Assembly: GCF_964355755.1 (NCBI RefSeq)
Contig: NC_092670.1
Span: forward strand, 12,138,795-12,202,794
Length of the DNA stretch: 64,000 nt
From: Antedon mediterranea
Lineage: Eukaryota > Animalia > Echinodermata
Direction of reading: 5' to 3'
The position numbers were made by a program, and so were the translations under genes. Under the pieces are notes generated by a model. It was not told the origin of the DNA and searched no databases. It worked only from the letters and a program-made list of their open reading frames with translations. This document shows positions 27,001-42,000 of the stretch, piece after piece (positions within the stretch are counted from its first letter, which is position 1; each line of letters starts with the position of its first letter).

Positions 27001-30000
27001 GGTTGGACGTACTGTTAAAACACTATAAATCCCCGCTTTCGCTTCACTGTCCCTTTAAATATCATGGACGTTATGAAATCTACATAACTGTGAATTACAT
27101 GTTTTTTATCTTGCCTGCTTTAACTGACACGTTTAATGAATACATCGTAACTTTGAATTGGTTTGTTTCCTCGCGACATACAAAATCAAGCTTTAATATA
27201 AAATATACAGTTGTTAACATCAATTTTGTTCGACTTTTAAAAGATTAAAATACCAACATAGTTGATGGAAATACATTATGAACTACTTCCCTTGTAGAAA
27301 AACATAACGTTTAAAAAATCCCTAGATAATGAACCAAGGAAGTCATTCTAGTCGTGTTTAACATCATATAATAAAGTTTAATCACAAAGGAACAATTGTA
27401 AACTGATTATAACGTGGTAGATCTCATGCCACTGAATATAGGTCCAGGCTTTTAGGACTGGTGGTTCATCATACCATTATTTCAACGCACCCAAAACTGC
27501 AGGTGTGATAATCTACGTATAGTGTGACATTATAGAGTTACACTTACATAATAAAAAATGTTCAGTTAATTTTCTGAAATGGTTTAGTTTTCACACGTTA
27601 TGTTGAAATAGGAATACAATAATCGAAGCCGTTTTATATTCGATGTACAGTATAGGACAAATGTAAAAAGAACTACTGGCAGTATACGCCGCCCAATAAC
27701 ATGCCAATATTAGAATGTAGCTATCAATTACATATTCATTTATCAGATACAAAATAGAATATTCATTTCAAGAAAATGTAAGAAAAATTGAATCGAATTG
27801 ATTAAAAGATTATTGTCGTTGTTACCGCGTTGCACCCGATTCTGCTCTGTCACTAGATACATCTTAAGACATCAGTAGTAAGATAAGTTAATTGTGTATC
27901 TCTGGTGATGAGTTGGTTCTATGTATTTTAAATTTGTTGTTATTACGATGTAGTCTTGTAGGTTACGTTTTACTTGTTGTCATTTTGTAATGGGACTTAC
28001 AACCACTTTTTCTTTTGTAAGATCCATGCGGACATTTTGTTTTCTTGGATAATAAACGTGAAGCGTGAAATACGGAGAAAAATGTTCCACCTCGCGTAAA
28101 ATAACATAAACATATTCTCACTAGAACGCAACGCAAGGACGTAATTGACCAATCACAAGAAACGGTTTGAATAAACCATCGCTTAAATTGGTCAATTCGT
28201 TTGCGTTGCGACTTACGTCATAGTGGGAACCAAGCTTAAGGCTAAATCCAACGACGCTCGGAATTTGACGAAATAGTTACAGACGACACACTGTAAACTA
28301 CCTCCCATCCCCCAACCAAATCATAAAGGATAAATGAATACATGGGACGTGACAATCACCCAAATGGCAAGTGAACAAGGGTGTGTTACAATATATTGAT
28401 ATTCAAACGAAGCAAATATGCCATTGAAACCTATATACATCAAACTAGCAAGACAGGTTAAATCTCACCAACTATATGCAACGTACGTTAAAGCCCATCG
28501 AACACGCTTGGGAATATGTGCTTGAAATACAAATGCAGTAGGTGTTGTACTGAATATTCAACATCGAATGATGAACAACTCGAGATTTCAGTGTTTTCTA
28601 TAATATACGGTCTATCATCATGATGCGCACGCGCATTTCCTTAATGTTATGAGTTGAACGGGGAAATATCCTTATAAGATTGACTATTCTATTCAAAGAG
28701 GTTTGATAGACTTGTCAAAACTTTTAAACTTTCAAAGCCACGTGATACAAATCAACCAATTACATGAGAAAGATATACTTGGTGTTGTAATACAAAGCTC
28801 TGTCTACACTTTCAAGCTAGTTTGGCAAAAAAAAAGTGTGATGTGCCCAAATATGGTAGTGATGTCACCAAATATGGTAGTGATATACCCAAATGTGGTA
28901 GTGATATAACATCATCATGTCCATATATGGGCACACCACATTTTTTTGTTACAAAAAGTTTGAGTGTAGACAGACGTGACCTTAATTACGTTAATGGGAC
29001 ATATCACTAGGATTTTGAACATTCACTGATTGCGCATAAAAACCCCGTAACCACACTGAATTTTATAGCGAGGCCCTAGAGACAGTGTTTAATAAAATCA
29101 GCATAAATATATATACACAGAAACGTTAATAAGTGACTATCAATTATACTTATGGTAAGCTTAACTTCAACAAGGTTTTTAAAATCATGTGTACACGTCT
29201 GTGTTACACAACGCGCGCACTCAAACAATAACATAAATGAGCTTCATTTTCATTATATATTTGTTTTTATACACAAAAAAAATAAAAATAATATTTACTA
29301 ATAATAATTTCAATAATTACTAGCCGGGGAGAAAATTAGTTCTTATAGAACTAAATAATTAACATTTACCATTAGAACTAATTAGTAGGCATATCCACTG
29401 AGGAAAAAAAAGTCTGTGGCATAAACACACTTTATTTATTAAGCTACAACCATTATCATAATATGAATGATTCACTGGACCAAAGAGCCTCTTATCAATT
29501 AGAATTAAATGGAAATGAACAAGGTTTGAAAGTAAATACAGCGTGGTGCCTGTTAGGCCTTATACGTATATTTGTTAACGAACCGCGTACCAGAAAATGA
29601 ATAGGATTTGCTTGAACAATTTTAATTTGATTGTAATGACCTGGAAATGACTGTAATTAAACATTGTTTGGAAACTGCAATTAATATTTGAAAGTACGTA
29701 AGAACGAAATATATTTAAAATGTATTTCTCTAATAAAACACAGCACACGGCTTATTTGGGTTTAGTAATAACGTTAATGAATAGTTAAGGCAATTATAGC
29801 GTATTTATATCGCACCATACACTGCATATCAAAGCCTGTGTTCGAATTGAGATCTGATTCAGTGACATGATTGGGCGCGAAAGTGTTGTCTTCCAAACAA
29901 GTTCAAAATCTACTAAAAATTTCATGGAGATATGACTACACATGAGACGCATTCGGTTCGCGCTAATAAATTCGCCTAGTGGAAAACAGGATTAACAGAT

Positions 30001-33000
30001 GCTCAAAAAAACTTCATTCATATTTTACCTGTGTGTCGTAAATTTTCTAAACACCATAATAATTAATCTATATTGTGATTATTATAAGTTCAACAAACAA
30101 CACACTTGATTGAACAGAATAAGCGTAGAAAATACCAAGCATAGGCAACATAAAAGCAATAAAAGTAAATATATAAATACATTTTATTTAAGTCTATATG
30201 ACTTTGATAGAAGAAAGCTATTAAATCTAAGGAGAAATTCATGTTTTGGCAGGTGGCTTGGTGCATCGAAAAAGACCGACTAGATGTGACATTAATGCCA
30301 ATTGGATCTAAATAAACAGCAGTTGAAGTATCATTGCGAAATACGGAGACAAAATCAAATTATTTAGCAATGATGCACTGCTCACGGTATATTATACACA
30401 ATCCAATTAAATTGATTTCAGATTCGTGGCAGGTTTCAATCAACAGATTTCTCTAGGAAAACGAGGGTAACTTCTAAGCGTACACAGTCAGTGTGTTTTA
30501 TTGAAGGAGGTTAGGCTTAACCACATACAACGCGGTGATAACAATTATGCGTCGAATAATATAAAACGCCGTATATATGGTATCACATTTAGCAACTATG
30601 TATGCTAAAATAACGTACTACTGTACGGTACTGCGCACGAAACGACAGAGTAAAGCGTGGTTCACACTAGGAATCAATCGCTAAAGGTTACAACTCAAGC
30701 AAGTTGACCAACGAAAAGAGAAAGTTTGAATAATCCATCGGATTGGTCAAACGACTAACGTTACGTTACGTCTCTAGTGGGAAGCATTATCCCACAGGGA
30801 CGTATCGGACGTGAGCGCAACGCAAGCAATATTTGACCAATCACGCGACGCGATGAAACCAAGCTTAACGGTTATCTACGAAGGCGCACACAGTATTTTA
30901 GTCATTGACTAATAATATGTTCAGTACCACTAGATGACAGATAGATGCTCCTGTTCATACGCGAATACGCACAAATCAAACGGTTGCGACCCGATTCCGT
31001 CCCTGGTATCCTAGTCACTGGTTTGGTTTGTAAACATGCGCAGCTTATTACTACGCTCTGTAAACTTCGTAGCGGTTCCACACCAGGGCAATTAATAGCA
31101 TTGGTTCCACGTAATTTCCCAAGCGCTTGCAAGAAACATGCAGCTGCTCTTAGGGGCATCTTGTAAAATAGAAACTACGTGTGGCTCAACGCGAATTTAC
31201 CTATTCTACGTTAACGTTAGAACCGCACAGTCTCTAACAATTATGAACAAAATAAACAGAAAGCAAACAATCTGCAGCTGCAATTGTGGTTTTATTATAT
31301 TATTTGCATAATTGATGTTCATTTTTCGTTGCCTTATGTTTCATACATAATTAAGTTTTTATGATCATAAACCGCATACTGTGAGTCTACTGCGGCGCGG
31401 CGTGCGGGTCAGATTGGTAGTATCATTGGAGCAGCAAAGATTGTCTTCTTGTTTATTACATGTGCTTTTTAAAAGCCACTTCTAACAATACATATTATAA
31501 TTTAATTATTGTTTATCGTTATGGTTTGGTTTATAAGGTCATGAACCAACATAAAAAAGTGCCTTCGTATTCATTTGCATTGTAATTGTCTACCAGTACA
31601 AATTGTATACTATATTAGGCCTACTCTAGGTTTTAGATGTTGAGATGATCGAAAGCGTGTTGTGCCAAACCAAATATTCGTAATAAAATCAACATTTTGG
31701 CATATATGACGTGTCATACGCGTGCATGTGGCGTAAAATACACATTTAACGTTAGGTTTACGTTTTGAATGTGTTCTACAACGTATCAGCCCTCTCTGGT
31801 CGTAGAATATCTTGTACGACACATGTAAGCCGGACAAGAGAAGTATATGCTCGGCCTGACCATGGGTTAAGGGTTAATTACAGGGTCAAGGGTAACATAA
31901 AGCCCAAAGTATTTTTCCTAGTAATACTAATCGATTTTACAACAGGGAACAGTACAGTTATTAGGCCATATGATTATTATGTAACACAAAAAAAAAAAAA
32001 AACTATTACTATCGGCGATAATTTTATTTTTAACAGCAGAAAAACTATGTACTAATAATAATTATATAATAAAGTCTCGATTGAGAGGTTGTTAACATTT
32101 GCTCATTTGTATATTGACGAAAATAAAAAAAAAATCCTGAATATGTATAATTTTCGACGATCGACCGAATAACAAACTGGACATTCTAACCATCATGTTG
32201 GTCCATGACAATAACTATTATTATTTTATTATTGTTTAGGATTTAATATCGAGTTTGATAAGCGAATTCATCCACTATCCTTCGTAAATGTGGAAATCCT
32301 CACAGACAAACGTACAAAATACAAGATGCTTACATAAAATCTATATTCTTTGGCACTTTTTTTTTGTCCCGAGAAAAAAAGGTCATGACATCTGAGCCAT
32401 GACCATGGTACCACCAAGCTACAACTACTATACCTCATATAAAAAAATATTAAATCCCAGACGAACTTGAAACATGTTTTGCCTAAATATAATATACAGA
32501 TTTGATTAAATTTTGGCCTAAAGGATTTTTCATATTATAATCTAATGTATACTATAGTTACACTAGAGCAATATTACTTTGAGAGATGCCTGAAACCCAT
32601 TTTGACGTACGACAGTGTAATGGATTTAATTATACCAGGGAGTGACAACTCCCTGATTATACGAATTCATTAAAACAAATGTACGGTAGCATATGTCATT
32701 TAGCGCCATATGAAGCCAAGGTAATGATATAAATCAAATACTGTAATTGATATTTTAATGTCATGAGTTATAATATATCGTCTGTCAATCATTTCACCCT
32801 GCTTTGATAAATTTTATTTAGAACCTTTTCTATGATCTCTATATTTTTTATAAATTTATCATTTTTATAATATAATTTTGTCTTTTGAATAAACAACATA
32901 TCGTAGATCATTATCGTCCTAGTATTAAATGGGCATTTGCATTCAATATGGTAGCAGAATCACTCTACTAGGCCTCTGTACCAGGCGTGCTAATTGGTCA

Positions 33001-36000
33001 CGAACGTGTAGGTTGAAAAAATGTATAAATAGTTTTAACCCGAATTTTACTGTTCCACCTCTTTGTTTGGTTTGGCCCGACGACACGGATCAGTAAAGTT
33101 TAGATACATGGAAAGGGCACAAAGACAAAGTAGAACGTAAACAAAATAAAGCTAATATCCAACCACAATGCGAAGAATACACGAAATTCCTAATTAAAAC
33201 CTTAGAGAATTAGAAGAGAAATAGGCCGCAGTGATGAACTACAAAATAACAAACAGTCAATATTTCCAGTTTTGCAGAAGAAACTCTTCAGTTTCAATTC
33301 GTTTATGATGAACAGTTTGTTGTTGTTTCTTTTTTTATTAAAACAAATTGAGTTTTTTTTAAACCACACCCAATGTTCTATTGGCAGCTTGTGATTGTTC
33401 AAAGGTTTTTAATGGCATAAGACGTGTCATGCAGCGCAACATGGCTCAATTGCGCACAGATGTGGACGTCTATGGGCGGCCATTAGGGCCAAAATAGACA
33501 AACGTTGCCGTACGAACAATTCCGCTCCCGTAAGGCAAACTAATGGCGTTAAAGACATAATTCCTCGAGTGACAAACAAATATTGCCGTACGGACACACA
33601 AACACATTGCCATATGAACAAATTGCCGTATGGTTAAATTGGCGTAAGGACAAAAATTGGCGTAAGGACAAAAATTGCCGTAAGGACAAAAATTGGCGAA
33701 AGGACAAATTGGCGTACAGTCTAACTAAATATAAACGTTGAGGGCAGCATAGTATTTTAAAACCACGTGACTGAAACCACTCTGTGTCCAGTCCTGCCAG
33801 GTATATAAAATATACCAAATTGACTATTGAGAATTCTCAACTATTACCACAGTACGACTGTACGACGAAGTCTACTGGTATATTCGGATAGCTAGGCTGA
33901 TTTCCTTGTTAACTTAAGGGGTTCATTCATTTAATTACTGAATTCTGATTGGCATGGTAGTATGCCCTAAAGGAAATTTACTGGAATCCCATTGGATGGT
34001 AAGGTGGTAGTAGGACCATGTCCATCCTATTGCAGTAATAAATAAAGTTGAGCCACCTGCGACCATTACAATGTCCTACCATGCTAATGTAGGAGTGGGG
34101 AATTATGCTTACTACTGTTTCTTTCTTAATAATTTAGTACAATTATTAAGAATAAAGAATACACTTAACAATATAACAAATAACATTAATGTACGATGTA
34201 GTTTAACACTGTTCTTAACTATAGTCATTTTGGTATACTTGAGAACATTGATAAAGAATAGGATAAACTTAACAATATACAAAAAATAAAATTAATGTAC
34301 GATCCCGTTTAACACTGTTCTCAACTATAGTCATTTTGGTCTACTTGAGCACAGTGATAAAGAATAGGATAAACTTAATAAAATACAACAAATAACATTA
34401 ATGTACGATACCGTTTAACACTGTTCTCAACTATAGTCATTTTGGTATACTTGTCCAAGTCATATTCATCTAAAAGATAAATGCTGAGTAAACGGGACTA
34501 GTGGTCCTACTCTAACATCTGGACGACTAAGGAGGTACCGTACCCCAGTATAATCCAACTAAGTGACTACCAGGAGCAATTCGCCGTTTTCTCACAAATA
34601 CAGTATCGAATTTCACTATAATATTAATAAATCGTAATTGAGTTACACTCAGATTTAAAAGATGAGGGCTGAGTAAACGGGACCAGTGGTCATACTCTAA
34701 CTTTTACTGGACGACTAAGGAGGTACCCTAGTATAATCCCACCAAGTGACACCCAGGAGCAATCCGCCGTTTTCTCACAAATACAGTATAAAATTCCACT
34801 ATATATAAAAAATCGTAATTGAGTTACACTCAGATTTAAAAGATAAATGCTGAGTAAACGGGACCAGCAGTTCCACTCTAACTTATACTGGACTAAGGAG
34901 GTACCCTAGTATAATCCCACCAAGCATGGATTAAGGAATATTATTCTATTCTTTAATCCATGCACCAAGTAACTCCCAGGAGCAATCCGCCGTTTTCTCA
35001 CAAATACAGTATCAAATTTCACTATAATATTAAAAATCGTAATTGAGTTACACTCAGATTTAAAAGATGAGGGCTGAGTAAACGGGACCAGTGGTCATAC
35101 TCTAACTTTTACTGGACGACTAAAGAGGTACCCTAGAGTATAATCCCACCAAGTGACTCCCAGGAACAATCCGCCGTTTTCTCACAAATACAGTATCAAA
35201 TTTCACTATATATATAAAAAAACGTAATTGAGTTATTACACTCAGATTTAAAAGATAAATGCCGAGTAAAAACGGGACCAGCGGTCCTACTCTTACTTAG
35301 CCTATACTGGACGACTAAGGAGGTACCCTAGTATAATCCCACCAAGTGACTCCCAGGAGCAATCCGCCGTTTTCTCACAAATACAGTATCAAATTTCACT
35401 ATATATATAAAAAAACGTAATTGAGTTATTACACTCAGATTTAAAAGATAAATGCCGAGTAAAAACGGGACCAGCGGTCCTACTCTTACTTAGCCTATAC
35501 TGGACGACTAAGGAGGTACCCTAGTATAATCCCACCAAAGTGACTCCCAGGAGCAATCCGCCGTTTTCTCACAAATATTTATTTTCTAATACCATAAAAA
35601 CCATAAATAAGACATGGCTTGACACAGGCCTTCAATGATCGATTATGTTGTTAATCCCCAGGACTGGACACAGAGTGGTTTCAGTCACGTGGTTTTAAAA
35701 TACTATGCTGCCCTCAACGTTTATATGTAGTTAGACTGTACGCCAATTTTTGTCCTTACGTCAATTGTTGTCCTTACGGCAATTTTGTCCTTACGGCAAT
35801 TTTTGTCCTTACGCCAATTTTTGTCCTTACGCCAATTTTTGTCCTTACGCCAATTTAACCATACGGCAATTTGTTCATATGGCAATGTGTGTGTGTGTCC
35901 GTACGGCAATATTTGTTTGTCACTCGAGGAATTATGTCTTTAACGCCATTAGTTTGCCTTACGGGAGCGGAATTGTTCGTACGGCAAAGTTTGTCTATTT

Positions 36001-39000
36001 TGGCCCTAATGGCCGCCCATAGACGTCAGCTTTCCGCTATACCATAAAATGATATACAACTTTATCCAAAAATATACAAGCCCAGGTGATCGTGGCAGTC
36101 CTTGTACAATTCTATATTTGAAGCAACCTTCACCGGCGACCTCTTTCCGAGTAGTTGGCCATTCACATTAGCGTAACACCCATACTCTTCCTAGTTTAAA
36201 TTATTGGAGTGAAAACAAAAATCAATTCAGCAAACAATAATCGAAACCGTATGATTAATCTAACAATTATTTTTGAAATGTATAAACCATTTGTTGACCT
36301 ACTAAACGAGGTCGTGATATTTTTCATATTATATCATTGTTCGATTCGTTAAATAGTGTCTGGATTTATTATGGCAGTATTGGCGTACCAATGCCGACTC
36401 ACAGGGAAGAGAGTTATGTAATCTCGGTATTCCCTATTTCCATAGTGCAAAAATTGAATTAAATAAATCAAATATAATAGTTTATAATCCCCACGTTATA
36501 TTAAATGTATATATTCTTCAAGCTTGATATAAATCAAGTAACTAATATCACATTCCTTTAATAAATGGTATCAAATGACATTTTACGATAATGTGATGGC
36601 ACTAGTTACACTCCGTTATGCATGATTAATTAATAAAATGACGTAATGCATAAAAAGCATAACAAACGACGGAGAAAGATTGGTAGGCCTACTCTTGGTT
36701 AATTACGGGTACTGGAGGCATTCCTATTGTTATGTTATTATTACAAGCCAGATGTGAAATAAAGTACAAATTAATTTAGCCGATTGTCGTTATTTTGTAC
36801 TTGCCATAAGCTTAATGAGAGACAACATAGTACTCTGACCGATCGATCATCAGTGAAACACAAACACTATACAACTGACCATCATAACTATTGTGCGGGG
36901 TTACATGACACATATTCCCAAATACTAAGAGGTAATATGTACTAATGTAAGAATCAGTTTGGACCTATAGAATACCCACAATAATACAGTTTTTGCAAAG
37001 TTGCGATTGCGTAATTAATATCAATTAACTTATTGTCATTGGATTGATAGCTTTATAATGTTAGTACTTTATTAGGTTTCAGGGATCTATAGGCTAAGGT
37101 CACTGAATAAGAGTAATTTGCCAGGTGTCACTAATTGACTTTCTATTACTTTCTACCATCAGGTAAGGTCGGTGTATAAATGCTTGACATCGGTTTAACA
37201 AGTATTGTTTTCTTTAGACAAGGTAAGCTGAATACTTGCTCCTCCCACTTCACGCATGAATTATTTAAACCAACTTGTCTCTTGTTTAATTCGGAAATTA
37301 TGAGAACATTTGGATACGGTACTGAGAATCATAATGGTGTATTATGTAAAACTTATATCGGAAAATTCCTAAATACAGTGCCACATTGATTTTACGTCCA
37401 TAACTTTTCATTAATTTTAAAAACAACTTCTATGATACAGCAGGTGCCAGTTGTCTAATTTAGCATTAGACCTACAGCTCCTTCTTATCATGTACACCCG
37501 GAATAAGCTTGATAATTACCAGTGCCCTCATACAAAACCATTATATCAAGCAAACAAACATCAAAGAGAAGGCCTACAAAAACTGACCGATGAAAACGCA
37601 CACGCGTCTCCTCTAATAGTATCGTCAGTGTTCATGATGCATCGTGGTGAATTTATTGAACTTTTTTGATACGACAACAATATTCTTCAATTAATGTATT
37701 TGTTGTTGTTTATCAGAAGTTGCAAATCGATCAGAATTTGATGACGAACAAGAAGATTAGCTCCCTGATTAAATACAAAAGGCAGGTAATCGTGCGTCGG
37801 CACGTTTGATGTATACACTTTACACATGTTTTTATTTTCTCCAAACACATTCTGCGTATACCATACCTAGGAACAAAGCTTGGTTGACGCATAACTCTAG
37901 TTGACGACGCAACCTACAAAGCAACGCAAGTATTTGAGCAATCCTTGAAGCGGAACGGAGGTCATCCTGATTGGCCACATTTACATGCGTTCTGTAATGT
38001 TTTCATTTGAACGCCATATTGAGTATGTACAATTAATGTTAACAGATGCGCATGCTAAAACTCTGCTTAAGTTATGACCTATGACGGCATTGTTACATTA
38101 AAGGTCCGGGATATTTGAACTGTCTAACTCCTCATCTATCATCGTTTGGCAAAGACAGCCTATATTACTGGGGTAATAATGCTTGTAAAGCGCCTTTGAG
38201 CATGATTACTCATGAAAAGGGCGCTATATAAATGTGGTATTATTATTATTATTATTATTAGTAGTGTGATGCTCGAATGCATTACTTTGTCTTACACTAA
38301 TAAGCCCACTACTTTAATACAATCAACAATAATGAGATTAACTACAACTTTGAACACTTTTGTTGAACAGAACCCGGAACAACCGTGTTCGGGCTTACTT
38401 CCAAAATGATAATATGACAATTCTAATCAAACTGGTTAACACTGACGGAAGGCCTACGCGTGTATGCATTAAGGTTGATGATTCTTAAAAAGCAATTTGA
38501 ATTTGAATTATTGCTTATTTGGCGTGTCATACTTCAAGATATATCAACCATGTTGTTGTTGTTTATAACCGCAATTCACGACCCTCATCAATAGTGCCTT
38601 CAACATTACATATTTATTTTAATAGAACGAATATTTCAAATTAGATGTCTTCTATTATTACTTAATCGATAATCCGGGATTACCGAATCATCAGCGAAAT
38701 TGTCGTCGGCCATCATCACATTGTTGATTACTGCAGTGTTGTGATGTAAACACGCGCAATGGCGTATGAGGCTATGTTGGTGATGAAATGTTATAAATAA
38801 GAAACATACCAGCTTAAGAAAATAAAACCCCTTAAAACGAAACCCCTACTTTTATTAAAAAAGCACCCATTTATTATTCGTGTATAGATAAAACGCGCTA
38901 TTGGAAACAACACACGTCTTTCTTTATTGATTTTAACATTTTTTTTTAACGAGATTAATATTGTATGAAAAATGAATATAAATTTTTATTTCATAGTTAG

Positions 39001-42000
39001 GTCTACATTGTCAACAGTGTCAACATTACACACTATAGGTCTTGTGCCAAACTTTATTGCTCAGCTGAGTCTGAATGGACCATACTCATAAAATATTGTT
39101 GACATAAAATAAACAATGAATGTGTGTGTGTGTGTGTGTGTTTACTACCAGTAACATAGAAGGCACGACGACAATAAATAACAATGACGATGATATTAAA
39201 TAATATTCTTGGTGTCTGTCTGAAAATTTGGATATATCTGTAAGGAGAGGCCAATGATAGAATAAATAACCGTGTTAGATGCGTGAAGCCTATTAACTTA
39301 GGTTGGACCAAGGCAGTCTCATTACAAGATAGGAACTCGTATTTAACAGTCCTTTGATCTTATATCTGGCTGCGACAAATATCAACAGTACTGTACATGT
39401 ACATATTCTCTGCGCGGCGAGCGGTGTCTGGTAAGGGACGTGGAACTGATCGTGTTGCAGCCACAGATAAACTCCCGTTTTTAGATTGCCTTGGTTGGAT
39501 CATGGAGGAAATTTTTTTTCATCCATGGTAGGATGGAAAACCTTACGGATGGCCATCATCTTTTTACGAAAGGCCTAACATACAAATTAGTGTTAATCGA
39601 AATAGAGTACCATCTAATGAAGGCTGGCACGTTTTATAGTATTCCCTGAACCATGTTTTAACAAGTTAGGCCTCTGTTTATCCTATCATCAATCAAGTGC
39701 ACACAGAACGCTTTTATTCTTTTTTGGTCATTATTAGAATTTGAGTTTTTTTTGTGATACCGTGCTTTGCATCCAAGATTTATCTTTTCAACTAATGATC
39801 TTTGGCTTGTCAATATGCGGGCACTGTATACTTAAGAGCTATCGATAACCATGCTGACCAATGGTCTACATTGGACTGAATTATATAACAAAAACGTATC
39901 TTAGAATTGAACAACCTTGGTGTTGATATTCACTCGTCTGTGAACCTACAAACTTCATTAAAACTTTTAAATGTATATTTATATACTGTAGGCGTACATA
40001 ATATTGTTAAAACATTGTATTGTATTTGTTTTATTGCATTACAATATGCGCCTGATCGACTATAATATCGTATACTATTATGTATATATAAGATGAGAGT
40101 TAAAACAAATAATAATGATCTTTGTGAGTGGCCGGAGGAAATGTTAAAAACCTCTGCACGTTCTGGCAATATTCCATGCAACTGACGAAAGTAAAAACCT
40201 TCCGGCCTGGAATACGAGTGTTTGCATCATCGCAACATATGCATTTGATTAAAATTATCTCAGAGGGCTGATTTGTTATGATTATGACCGAAAATGTTAG
40301 TCATATTAACTCATTTCCCCGGAGTGACCACGTAAAAGTGTTAGAGGTCCCGGAAGAGTCTACATCATTTTAACAAAAAGACATCCGGGAATATACCGCG
40401 TTGCTAAGTAACAACTAACAACTATATTATATACTTGGTTTAATCATCTACGGTTTTCACGACCGGCGGTTGAAATTTTTTTTTCTGTTTCTTTAGGCCT
40501 ATAGATGACACACCAGTTAATAGCTTATTGTATTATTGTTTGGCCGGTCACATTTATTATTATTATTTGTATAGGGCGCTTTTTGTCATCTTTACAGATT
40601 AATTATTCTTATTATTATTTATGATTTCATAACGATACAATGTTTTTAAATAATGTTTTGTCTTCCCTTATTAAAGATGAACTCCATTTAATGTCATGTT
40701 CGTAATTTTATTCAACCTGTTTGGTTGTTGTATTTGAACTACTGCCAATGCATACAATTAAGCAATGCTATCTGGGATAACGAAGATTAAAATACATATA
40801 TGTGACAAAATACATAGATAGCGGCTATTGTAGATTGAAGGTATGATAAACTATAATACTAATTTTTACATAATATGCCTACAACAGGCGTCACATGTAT
40901 GATAATGTAATATTGTACAAAATACCAGAATTTGCCGTTGACGATACTGGACAAATTAAGGCATATGTAGAGATACAGAACAGAGAATATATTGAACTAA
41001 AACCTGGTTTTTAGAATTGTTGTTAAAAAACGGGGGTTTTCTGGCACTAGAAATGGCACTTACCGTTTCAGGAAAAAAAAAACCTTTATTATGAATAACC
41101 GATAGTTTGCAAACATCGTTAGGCTACACAAATAAATCAGATTGATCTAGAATAACACAGTATTATAAATCATCAAGGGCTACTGCAATTAACAAGTAAT
41201 TTAATATCTGAACAAGTGGTTTAAAATAAACAAAAACACGTGAATCTTTCTAAGTTCAATTCAAGACTTTTCCTTCTATCTCATTAAGTGGGTAACAAGT
41301 TAAAGCAAAAATCGAACGAACCCCATGGGAGTAATAATGTTCGATGTTTGTCCTTTTCATGAACCCATTATCTGAGACCAACGACAATCCCAGTCCACCT
41401 TCTAGCCTACACAATAGCACATTTTCTTAGGCCAAAATTATACTATAGGATTTACAGAACTTACATATTACGACATAAATTCATTATTCAAATGGAACCC
41501 ATTTAACAGATTTCATGATGAACGACATAGGCCTAAGGTAAGTAACCGACGACCAGACAGCGAATGTTATTAAAAGGGTTTGATTGTAAAATATGGAAAA
41601 TTGCCAATTTCATTAATAGAAAGGACCTTCAACAAAGACTTATTTCATTCCAAATGAAATACCAGATCAGACCAACATTCCTAAATGGTACCGTAGTCCA
41701 TAATACACTCTTTATGATATCGTTTCTTCTTCTTTTCTTTAAGTATTATCATTTTAAAATAAATATTTATTTTGTTCAGAAAAATAATAGTACTGCCTAT
41801 TACTATTACTATTAATCTAGATTTGTTATTATTATGATGGACATAACACTCTTTCAATATTATAACCGTTTTACTTATTAATATTATTATTATTGCTATG
41901 TTTATGTTATTGGCCTTTGAACTTTATATTTCTTCCGGAAGTTTTTAAAATCCGGTACAGACATTCAATAGAATAATAGAATCAAGATACATTATCTATA

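Larger units (their letters stand above)
33471..36021. mobile_element. Non-autonomous IS3EU-type foldback DNA transposon, 2551 bp
   Basis: GACGTC|TATGGGCGGCCATTAGGGCCAAAA ... TTTTGGCCCTAATGGCCGCCCATA|GACGTC: 6-bp TSD and TAY..RTA termini. Near-identical TIRs at 33471-33796 and 35659-36021 contain 18-bp subrepeats. No transposase ORF. Confidence 0.85.

Noticed and set aside
30902-31166. Overlapping ORFs on both strands in slightly GC-richer DNA
   Set aside because: No recognisable domain or convincing splice context.
33427-36022. ORFs within the foldback TIRs (for example SLRQFL repeats)
   Set aside because: Translations of the 18-bp subterminal repeats; not a transposase.
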